A stretch of DNA of 32,000 nt, from contig NC_008578.1 of the NCBI RefSeq assembly GCF_000015025.1, positions 120,001 through 152,000 on the forward strand. Reading direction: 5' to 3'. Below, piece after piece: positions 23,388 through 30,558 of the stretch (position 1 is the first letter of the stretch; every line of letters begins with the position of its first letter). A program made the position numbers and the translations under genes. This stretch comes from Acidothermus cellulolyticus 11B (GTDB taxonomy: Bacteria > Actinomycetota > Actinomycetes > Acidothermales > Acidothermaceae). The notes below the pieces were generated by a model. The model searched no databases. It saw only the letters and a list, made by a program, of their open reading frames with translations, and was not told the origin of the DNA.

Positions 23388-25589
23388 GTGACCGAGCTCC
23401 CTGCGCTTGAAGAGATCGAGGGCGCCGAGGTTCCGCTGACCGATGGCGCGGCGGCGGGGATGGTCACCCTCGTTGAAGGGGTGACATTCTGCATTTGCGG
23501 CCGGTCCGGGGACATTCACGGTGCGCAGCAGGGACTGTTTTTCCGCGACACCCGTTTCATCAGCCGCTTCGAATTGATCGTCGACGGTCAGCATGTCGAG
23601 CCGCTGGCCACCTACCGTCCGTGGCCGTATGCCGGGACTTTCATCGCCCGCCGGCCGCCGCGGTCGGCAAACGTGGACAGCACACTGCTTGTCATCCGCC
23701 GCCGGTATGTCGGCAATGGGATGCGCGAAGACGTCACGATCCGGAATTTGGGCAGGGAGACGGCCGGCGTCCTGCTCAATCTTGAGGTGGACAGCGATTT
23801 CGCCGGTTTGTTCGAGGTGAAGGAGGGCACCGTCCGGGTCCGTGAGAGCATCCAGCGCGAGGTCCGCGGCAACGCGCTCTGGCTGGGATTCCGTCGAGGC
23901 GGGGAGACCCGGGCCGTCGTCGTGACGGCGGATCCTCCGGGAACCGCTCTCTTCGGCACCACGGCCTCAGCGACGACCGGCAGTATCGGCTGGCAACTCG
24001 TCGTCCACCCTCATCAGGAGACGACCGTCAGCATCCAGGTGACCGTCGAGGTTGACGGGGTCGAGGTGCCGCCCCGGTATCGGCTGGGTGAGCCGGTTGA
24101 GGCCAGTCAGCCCGCCACGAAACTGGCCGCCTGGCGATCAGTCACTCCGTCGGTCCAGACCCCCGATGAGCGCCTTGCCACCCTGCTGAAGAAGAGTGCG
24201 GAAGACCTCGGCGTGCTCCGCATCTTCGATCCCGACCATCCCGACCGGGCAATTGTGGCTGCGGGCGCTCCGTGGTTCATGGCGATTTTCGGCCGGGACT
24301 CGCTCATCACGAGCTGGATGGTTCTTCCCCTCGATCCGAGCCTCGCGCTGGGCACCCTCCAGACCCTTGCCGAATTGCAAGGAAAGAAGGTTGACCCGCT
24401 GTCGGAGGAGGAACCAGGCCGTATCCTGCACGAAGTCCGGTCCGCCATGGACGTCGACCTTGCACTCGGCGGGAGCAACATCTATTACGGCAGCGTTGAC
24501 GCGACGCCCCTCTTCGTCATGCTGCTCGGTGAATTGCGCCGGTGGGGGCTGGCCCGCCAAGACGTGGACGCCCTGCTCCCCTATGCCGATCGAGCGCTCG
24601 AATGGATTACGACATACGGCGACAAGGACGGCGATGGATTTGTCGAGTACCAGCGGGCCACCGACCGGGGTCTGGTCAACCAGGGTTGGAAAGATTCCGC
24701 TGACTCCATTACGTTCGCCTCCGGTATCCCGGCGCGGCCGCCGATTGCGTTGGCGGAAGTGCAGGGTTATGTCTACGCCGCCTACCTTGCGCGCTCTCAT
24801 TTCGCGCGGGAACTCGGGCAGCGCGACGTTGCCGAACATTGGGCGGCGAAGGCGATGGAATTGAAACGCCGGTTCAACGAGGAATTCTGGATTTCCGACC
24901 GCGGCTACTACGCGATCGCGCTGGACGCCGACAAGAAGCCGGTCGACGCCCTCGCGTCTAACATGGGGCACTGTCTGTGGACGGGAATCATCGACGAGGA
25001 GAAGGCCCCGTCGGTCGCGGCCCATCTCCTCGGTCCGGACATGTTCACCGGATTCGGCGTCCGCACACTCGCGTCGTCCATGGCGGCGTACAACCCGATG
25101 AGCTACCACAACGGTTCGGTCTGGCCGCATGACAATGCGATCGTTGCGGCGGGTCTGATGCGATACGGCTTCGTCGCCGAAGCACAGCGGATCGCCCTCG
25201 GATTGATCGACGCATCGGCGGCGTTCGGCGGCCGGCTTCCGGAGCTCTTCTGCGGCTTCGACCGCTCGGAATTCGCCGTTCCCATCCCATACCCCGCCTC
25301 GTGCTCCCCGCAGGCATGGGCGGCCGCGGCGCCGTTCTATCTGCTGCGGACCCTGTTGCGTTTCGATCCGTGGGTGCCGTTCGGCCAGGTGTGGTGCGCA
25401 CCCGCTGTCCCATCGCGCATGGTGCCGCTCCGGGTCGAGCGATTGCACGTCGCCGGCTCGACGGTCAGCGTCGACGTGACCGCAGACGGAGCGACGGTCA
25501 CGGGGCTGCCCGACGGGGTCGAGCTGATCGTGCAAGCACGGCCGCCGCTCACGGCCTCGTCGGTTCCACCGCTCGATGGCGGCGCCTGA
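23388..25589 (+). CDS. Amylo-alpha-1,6-glucosidase / glycogen-debranching-enzyme-like protein (GDE_N_bis plus GDE_C type)
   Basis: The ORF spans 23364..25589. GTG 23388 is preceded by GAGGA, and ATG 23460 is an alternative start. The N-terminal LVEGVTFCICGRSGDI, then GAPWFMAIFGRDSLITSWM, GRILHEV, YGSVDATPLF, EYQRATDRGLVNQGWKDS and YHNGSVWPHDNA are typical of the bacterial/archaeal GDE_C family. Confidence 0.85.
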   Translation: MTELPALEEIEGAEVPLTDGAAAGMVTLVEGVTFCICGRSGDIHGAQQGLFFRDTRFISRFELIVDGQHVEPLATYRPWPYAGTFIARRPPRSANVDSTLLVIRRRYVGNGMREDVTIRNLGRETAGVLLNLEVDSDFAGLFEVKEGTVRVRESIQREVRGNALWLGFRRGGETRAVVVTADPPGTALFGTTASATTGSIGWQLVVHPHQETTVSIQVTVEVDGVEVPPRYRLGEPVEASQPATKLAAWRSVTPSVQTPDERLATLLKKSAEDLGVLRIFDPDHPDRAIVAAGAPWFMAIFGRDSLITSWMVLPLDPSLALGTLQTLAELQGKKVDPLSEEEPGRILHEVRSAMDVDLALGGSNIYYGSVDATPLFVMLLGELRRWGLARQDVDALLPYADRALEWITTYGDKDGDGFVEYQRATDRGLVNQGWKDSADSITFASGIPARPPIALAEVQGYVYAAYLARSHFARELGQRDVAEHWAAKAMELKRRFNEEFWISDRGYYAIALDADKKPVDALASNMGHCLWTGIIDEEKAPSVAAHLLGPDMFTGFGVRTLASSMAAYNPMSYHNGSVWPHDNAIVAAGLMRYGFVAEAQRIALGLIDASAAFGGRLPELFCGFDRSEFAVPIPYPASCSPQAWAAAAPFYLLRTLLRFDPWVPFGQVWCAPAVPSRMVPLRVERLHVAGSTVSVDVTADGATVTGLPDGVELIVQARPPLTASSVPPLDGGA

Positions 25590-25681
25590 GCGCGGCGGCT
25601 GTCGATCGCTCGATCATCGCGGGAGTGTGGACCACCCCAGCTTGGCTTGATCATCTCCGGTCTCTCGCGTGATCGGCTGAT

Positions 25682-25711
25682 TTGACACCGGATATTGCGG
25701 TTTCGTAACTT
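25682..25711 (+). promoter_or_regulatory. Candidate sigma-70/HrdB-type promoter for the GT4 gene
   Basis: TTGACA (25682-25687), an 18-nt spacer, then TAACTT (25706-25711), inside the only AT-richer patch of this intergenic region. This implies a leader of roughly 155 nt before ATG 25875. Confidence 0.4.
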
Positions 25712-25874
25712 TTCTGCCGGGTAATCAGGCTGATGGATTCGGCGAGAGCGTCCGGCGCCGGCATCCGCCTTGATCTTTGAATCGTTAGTGCTGGACATGG
25801 CGCACCGACCCCGGTGTCGGCGCATCGCCGGCTCCGCATGCTCGTCGCCGTTCGGTAGCGAGAAAGGGGGCGCT

Positions 25875-27008
25875 ATGAGCGCAGTGGTGTCTGCTGTTCG
25901 TCCGGCGGAACCGGTCCAACCGGCACGCCGCAGCCTGCACATCGCGATGGTCGCGCCTCCCTACTTCCATATCCCCCCGTCCGGGTACGGCGGCGTCGAG
26001 CAGGTCGTCGCCGATCTGGTCGATGGTCTCGTCGAGCGGGGTCACCAGGTCACCCTGATCGCCGCCGGTGAAGCACGGACCAAGGCGACCCGATTCATCC
26101 CGACCTTCCCCGAGCCGCTCTCCGATCAGCTTGGTCTGCCGACCCCTGAAGTGCTGCACGCGGCACGGGTTGCCCGCGCGCTTGAGGGTCTCGACGTCGA
26201 TCTTGTTCATGATCACACGCTGGCGGGACCGTTGCTCGCCCGCGGGCGACTCGCACCCACCATCGTCACCGTTCACGGCCCGGTGTCCGGCGATCTCGGA
26301 GTGCTCTACGAGGCGTTAGGTGACACGATCAAACTGGTCGGCATTTCCGAGGCGCAGCGCGCGGCCGCACCGGCCTTGCCGTGGGTGGGCACGGTCTACA
26401 ACGCGATCCGCGTGGAGACCTTCCCCTTCCGGGCGGAGAAGGAGAATTTCGCACTGTTCATCGGGCGGTTCCATCCCGAGAAGGCTCCACACCTGGCCAT
26501 CGACGCGGCGCGAGCGGCAGGCCTGCCGATCGTGCTTGCCGGTAAGTGCGCTGAGCCGATAGAGAAGGCGTACTTCGAGGAGTACGTCCGCCCACGCCTC
26601 GGGCCCGATGTCACGCTCTACGGCGTGGCGGACGCGCACGCCAAGCGTGAGCTGTTCTCAGCTGCGTGCTGCCTGCTCTTCCCCATCTGCTGGGAGGAAC
26701 CCTTCGGCCTCGTCATGATCGAGGCGATGGCCTGCGGTACGCCCGTGGTCGCACTGCGTCGCGGTTCCGTCCCCGAGATCGTGGTGGACGGCCGCACCGG
26801 TGTGGTGGTGGACACGCCGGAGGAGCTGCCGGATGCGATCCACCGGGCCCGTCGGCTCGATCCGCGGGATTGCCGCGCTCACGTTGAACACGAATTCAGC
26901 GTGGCGCGGATGGCTGCCGGCTACGAGGCCGTGTACGAGCGGGTGCTCTCGGCCATTGCCGAGCCGAGTGCGGACGGGCAGCTTCACCTCTCCGCGGGGA
27001 CGGCGTAG
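25875..27008 (+). CDS. GT4-family (GT-B fold, retaining) glycosyltransferase
   Basis: This is the internal ATG 25875 of ORF 25770..27008, preceded by GAAAGGGGG. It has an N-terminal IAMVAPPYFHIPPSGYGGVEQVV and the C-terminal E-x7-E region (EEPFGLVMIEAMACGTPVVALRRGSVPEIV). Confidence 0.9.
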   Translation: MSAVVSAVRPAEPVQPARRSLHIAMVAPPYFHIPPSGYGGVEQVVADLVDGLVERGHQVTLIAAGEARTKATRFIPTFPEPLSDQLGLPTPEVLHAARVARALEGLDVDLVHDHTLAGPLLARGRLAPTIVTVHGPVSGDLGVLYEALGDTIKLVGISEAQRAAAPALPWVGTVYNAIRVETFPFRAEKENFALFIGRFHPEKAPHLAIDAARAAGLPIVLAGKCAEPIEKAYFEEYVRPRLGPDVTLYGVADAHAKRELFSAACCLLFPICWEEPFGLVMIEAMACGTPVVALRRGSVPEIVVDGRTGVVVDTPEELPDAIHRARRLDPRDCRAHVEHEFSVARMAAGYEAVYERVLSAIAEPSADGQLHLSAGTA

Positions 27009-27709
27009 ACGACGACGTTGTCGACGTAGTGGCCGGTCTTCCGGTCGAAGGGTCCGCCGCACGTGACGAGCACGAGCCGCGGAGTTGTCGCCTGGTCGAA
27101 AACCGAGGCGGGAAGGGCGGTCTTTCGGTAGACGCGGCGTCCGACAACGCGATACGTGAACGTGCCGCGGTCCGTTTGCACAAGGACGGCCGACCCCATG
27201 GGAAGCCGGTCCAGGTAGAAGAGCGCGCCGGGTCCCGCTTCGGCGGTGTCGACGTGGCCATCGAGGACGACCGTGCCTTCCTCCCCCGGGGCAGCACCCT
27301 GGCGCCACCAACCGACGACGCGAGGATCCGCCGGTACGCCGAGTGTTCCGTCGGGAAGTATGCCGACGGGCTGGACCGGGGCGCTGACCTTCAGTGCCGG
27401 GATTTCGAGCCGAAGGACGTGCGGTCGCGGGGCCGTGGCGGGCGTGGGGGTGGCCGTGGGCGTGCTGTATCCGAGGCCTGACGCGCTGCCGGCAGTGGCA
27501 GGGTTTGGTGTCCCGGCGGCCCACGGTGGCTGGTTCCCGGACGGCGGTCCGCCGGGGACGATACCCGCCGGACGCGGCGTGATGTAGCCGGATTGCGTTG
27601 CCGCCCACCCGGAACCGGCGAGCAGAACAAGGCCGGCAGCGGCGGCAAGAATCTCCCAGCGCAACCACCACCGGTGGCTGCGCTGGGAGCTGGATGAGTT
27701 GCCACCCAC
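26984..27709 (-). CDS. Sortase (class F/E-like), N-terminally membrane anchored
   Basis: GTG start. It has a TM anchor (WWLRWEILAAAAGLVLLAGSGW), LEIPALKVSAPV, the catalytic His context VVLDGHVD, and the catalytic Cys in LVLVTCGGPFD. The 3' end overlaps the convergent GT4 gene by 25 bp. Confidence 0.85.
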   Translation of the reverse strand: MGGNSSSSQRSHRWWLRWEILAAAAGLVLLAGSGWAATQSGYITPRPAGIVPGGPPSGNQPPWAAGTPNPATAGSASGLGYSTPTATPTPATAPRPHVLRLEIPALKVSAPVQPVGILPDGTLGVPADPRVVGWWRQGAAPGEEGTVVLDGHVDTAEAGPGALFYLDRLPMGSAVLVQTDRGTFTYRVVGRRVYRKTALPASVFDQATTPRLVLVTCGGPFDRKTGHYVDNVVVYAVPAER

Positions 27710-27836
27710 GGCCGGCTCTTCGGTGCGTTTGTTCGCTGCTGCGCAGCCGAACGGCCACGTCGTTTATGGGAACGCGCTTTGTGGCACTGAGCGAGCGCCA
27801 GCGACGGGCGGTCGGACAGCGGCTTCGGTGTTGCGA

Positions 27837-28394
27837 CTAGTGGGTTGACCGGCGGGCGCGGAACGCGAAACCACCGGCGCTCGCAAGCAAGGCGGCACCG
27901 CCTAGCGCCGCCAGCGTGGTGACCAACCAGGTGTTGTGCCGCTGGTCAGCTTGGCCGCCGGTGCCGGCGGTGACCCCGGAGGGCGCAAAGCTGATCAACG
28001 CAAAGGCACTCTCCGTCGGGTTGGGCGTCGGCTGAGCAACGGTGATCATGCAGGGTTGCGTGGCGCTGCAGGTGACATTGTTCTGCCCAAAGGGCCCCTT
28101 GGTCACGGTGATGCTGGCTGATACCGCTCCGTTGGCGTTCGACGTTGTGCTCACCACGCCGTTGAGGTTGCAATCAGCCTGCGAGGTGGAGGCCCCTTTC
28201 GCGGCGCATTCGGTGACAACTAACGGTTCGTTCGGTGAGAATCCGGTGCCGGTGACCTTCACGGTCTGACCGGAAGCGAGGCCCGTACTCGGTGAGACTG
28301 TGATCGACGGACTGGCAGCCGATGCAGGCGCCGACAACAGGATGACCGCTGCCGCTGGGGCAACGAGGGCACTGAGCGCGCCGAAACGTTTCAT
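27837..28394 (-). CDS. Secreted neocarzinostatin-fold domain protein with C-terminal sorting-signal-like anchor
   Basis: ATG at 28392-28394 is preceded by GGGAGG. It has a signal peptide (MKRFGALSALVAPAAAVILLSAPASA). The domain ITVSPSTGLASGQTVKVTGTGF...ECA...DCN...NGAVSASITV...CSATQPCMITV...ALISFA parallels the apo-neocarzinostatin fold. The C-terminus is a hydrophobic helix followed by RARRSTH. Confidence 0.8.
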   Translation of the reverse strand: MKRFGALSALVAPAAAVILLSAPASAASPSITVSPSTGLASGQTVKVTGTGFSPNEPLVVTECAAKGASTSQADCNLNGVVSTTSNANGAVSASITVTKGPFGQNNVTCSATQPCMITVAQPTPNPTESAFALISFAPSGVTAGTGGQADQRHNTWLVTTLAALGGAALLASAGGFAFRARRSTH

Positions 28395-28561
28395 GTCGCA
28401 CCTCCCGAGAGGAACACGGTGATCCGTACGTTCTGCCACAGAGCAGATGGATCTTGCGCTGACGGGAGGAATTGTTCCACTCGGGAAGATCGTGTAACAG
28501 ACGTCCGGCGGTAGAAGGCTCGCTCACCGCGCGCCGTGATCCGTGAACGATCCCGTTGTCG

Positions 28562-29173
28562 TTACGCCGCACTCCACGCGGCGCGCAGCCTCGTCGTCCC
28601 CTCCAAAGCGACGAGGGTGACCGACGTCGTGATGCCGATTCCTGCGCTCACGAGCACCGGAATGTCCCGCGCAAGGAGCGCATATCCGAGCCAGCAGAGC
28701 TGGGAACCGCTGCGCAGCAACCATGTCGTCACCGAAACGCCGGAGATTACACCGGACCGGTAGGTGCCGAGGGATTCGTACACCTGCGGCAAGCTGGAGA
28801 ACAAGCCAATACTGAAGCCGAGGTAACCGACCAGCTCCGCCGGTAAGGCCCACGACAACGCGAGCACGGCACTTGCGGCTGCGATCATGCGGAGCATGCG
28901 GCTGCGCCGGGACAATCGGGCGGGCACCAGGATGGTGACGATCGACGCGCCGGTGATGAGCAGTGCGTTGCCGGGAACCTGCGGAAGTGAGGCGGTTCGC
29001 AGCCCGTAGCTCAGCCAGGCCAGTCCGCTGGTGGTCATGATCCCCCAGGTGAAGGCGGAGACGCCTCCGCGGCCCGGATGGCGAATCACCCGGGCGATCT
29101 GTGGAATCACCATGACGACGCCGAACAGTGAACCGAAGTAGCCGAGGGCGAAGGCCAGCTCGTGCTTGGTCAC
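28562..29173 (-). CDS. Internally duplicated PQ-loop (SWEET/SemiSWEET-superfamily) 7-TM membrane protein
   Basis: GTG start is preceded by GAGGAG; 203 aa. There are two PQ motifs at helix-1 positions (VIPQIARV at residues 24-25; SLPQVYES at residues 129-130). Each is followed by a Trp-containing helix (LAWLSYGL, LCWLGYALL). Seven hydrophobic segments are arranged 3+1+3. Confidence 0.7.
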   Translation of the reverse strand: MTKHELAFALGYFGSLFGVVMVIPQIARVIRHPGRGGVSAFTWGIMTTSGLAWLSYGLRTASLPQVPGNALLITGASIVTILVPARLSRRSRMLRMIAAASAVLALSWALPAELVGYLGFSIGLFSSLPQVYESLGTYRSGVISGVSVTTWLLRSGSQLCWLGYALLARDIPVLVSAGIGITTSVTLVALEGTTRLRAAWSAA

Positions 29174-29201
29174 GGATCACTCCTCGGTTCGCAACGTGAT
29201 T

Positions 29202-29213
29202 GTAACGATACAG
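29202..29213. promoter_or_regulatory. LacI-type operator candidate in the divergent PQ-loop / LacI intergenic region
   Basis: TGTAACGATACA is self-complementary at 10 of 12 positions with a central CG. It is flanked by the inverted repeat CGATAC-n7-GTATCG (29206-29224). Confidence 0.4.
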
Positions 29214-29276
29214 CAAGCGTATCGACATGGCGCGGACGGTTCTCCAGCTGCTGCGGCCACCATCGTGCTCGGTACC

Positions 29277-30323
29277 GTGGCGGTCGTGGAACGGCGTCCA
29301 ACTCTCGACACGGTTGCGCAGGCGTGCGGCGTTTCTCGGATGACGGTCTCCAACGTGTTCAATCGGCCTGACCAGGTGGCGGCCGAGACCCGGGAGCGGG
29401 TCCTCCGCGCGGCGCAGGCGCTGGGTTACATCGGACCCAATCCGACCGGCCGGTCGCTACGGCACGGTCGGACGCAGACGATCGGCGTCCTGCTCACCGA
29501 GCGCCTGCCGTATGCGTTCACCGATCCGGGATTGCTGCAATTCCTGCAGGGCGTCGCGACCGAGCTCGCAACCTGGGGACACGCGCTGCTTTTGCTTCCC
29601 ACTCAAGAAGGACCGGAAGCCGGCTCGGTGGCCGGCACAGCGCTTGTTGACGGCTTTCTCATCGTCCTGGCGGGGGCTTCCGACCCGGCGGTCACCCAGG
29701 TGCTGCGCCGTGGGCTGCCGGCGGTGAGTTGGGGTCAGCCGCGACTGCCGGGCGTCCCGCGCATCGGCATTGATAACACGCGGGCCGCCGCCGAGGTCGC
29801 CCGGCACCTCCACGATCTCGGCCATCGTCGGGTCGGTGTGATCAGCTTCGGCGCTGGGCGACAGCTCCGCGCGGTTCACCAGACGATGCGGCAGCGCGTC
29901 ACCGGCTTCAGCGCGGTTTTCGCTGCCGATCCGCAGGCCGTCGTGCAGGTGGTGCACGCCACGGCGAACACCCGCTCGGCTGGCTCGGAAGCGGCGCGAG
30001 ATCTCCTGGCCGCTGAACCTCGACCGACGGCAATCTTCGCCGTGACCGACGTCCTTGCTCTAGGGGCTCTTGACGAGGCGATGCGGCAACGGATCGCCGT
30101 CCCAGCCGAGCTCTCGGTTGCTGGTTTTGATGACATTCCGGAGGCTGCTCGGGCCGTGCCCCCGCTGACCACGTTCTCGCAGGCCCTTGCGGAACAGGGA
30201 CGCGCGGCGGCGCGGATGCTCTTGGACCGGATCGCGGGACGTGCCGGCTCGGTGCCGGCGTTGGAAACGCGGTTGGTTGTCCGGGGCAGCACGGCACCTG
30301 CCTCGGTCCTTGTCGAGGCGTGA
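29277..30323 (+). CDS. LacI-family transcriptional regulator
   Basis: This is the 3' part of ORF 29166..30323. Likely GTG starts are 29277 or 29286, just before the HTH (RPTLDTVAQACGVSRMTVSNVFNRP...YIGPNPTGRSL). A sugar-binding core follows (VTDVLALGAL, SVAGFDDIPEA). Confidence 0.85.
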   Translation: MAVVERRPTLDTVAQACGVSRMTVSNVFNRPDQVAAETRERVLRAAQALGYIGPNPTGRSLRHGRTQTIGVLLTERLPYAFTDPGLLQFLQGVATELATWGHALLLLPTQEGPEAGSVAGTALVDGFLIVLAGASDPAVTQVLRRGLPAVSWGQPRLPGVPRIGIDNTRAAAEVARHLHDLGHRRVGVISFGAGRQLRAVHQTMRQRVTGFSAVFAADPQAVVQVVHATANTRSAGSEAARDLLAAEPRPTAIFAVTDVLALGALDEAMRQRIAVPAELSVAGFDDIPEAARAVPPLTTFSQALAEQGRAAARMLLDRIAGRAGSVPALETRLVVRGSTAPASVLVEA

Positions 30324-30558
30324 CACGCGGGGGAGGTGTGTTTCTTCGCCCGTTGCCTGTGGGTACCCGCGGCGGCTGCGCTCTCGGATGTGGAGATCTG
30401 GCCCGCCAGGGCGTGACAGCTGCGCGTCCGGCCGGTTTCGCTCGAACGTCGCAGCCCCGTGGACCGTTATAGCTGTTGCAGCGCTTGGGCGATCAGAGCG
30501 TTGCAGTCCGGGAGGTGCCGCGGCACCGACGCGCAGGTCGGCATGAAAGGACCGTTTA

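Noticed and set aside
24138-25535. 465-aa minus-strand ORF
   Set aside because: It lies entirely antisense to the GDE-like gene. It is Arg-rich with no recognisable motifs, so it is a shadow ORF.
26658-27758. 366-aa minus-strand ORF covering the GT4 3' end and the sortase gene
   Set aside because: It is out of frame with the sortase, and its composition is extreme in Arg and Pro. The sortase frame (26984..27709) carries the catalytic motifs.
27837-28394. Neocarzinostatin-like protein as a marker of an enediyne chromoprotein biosynthetic cluster
   Set aside because: No PKS, enediyne-cassette or resistance genes are nearby. The protein has a C-terminal membrane or cell-wall anchor and sits next to a sortase. 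It is better explained as a surface protein that reuses the NCS Ig-like fold.
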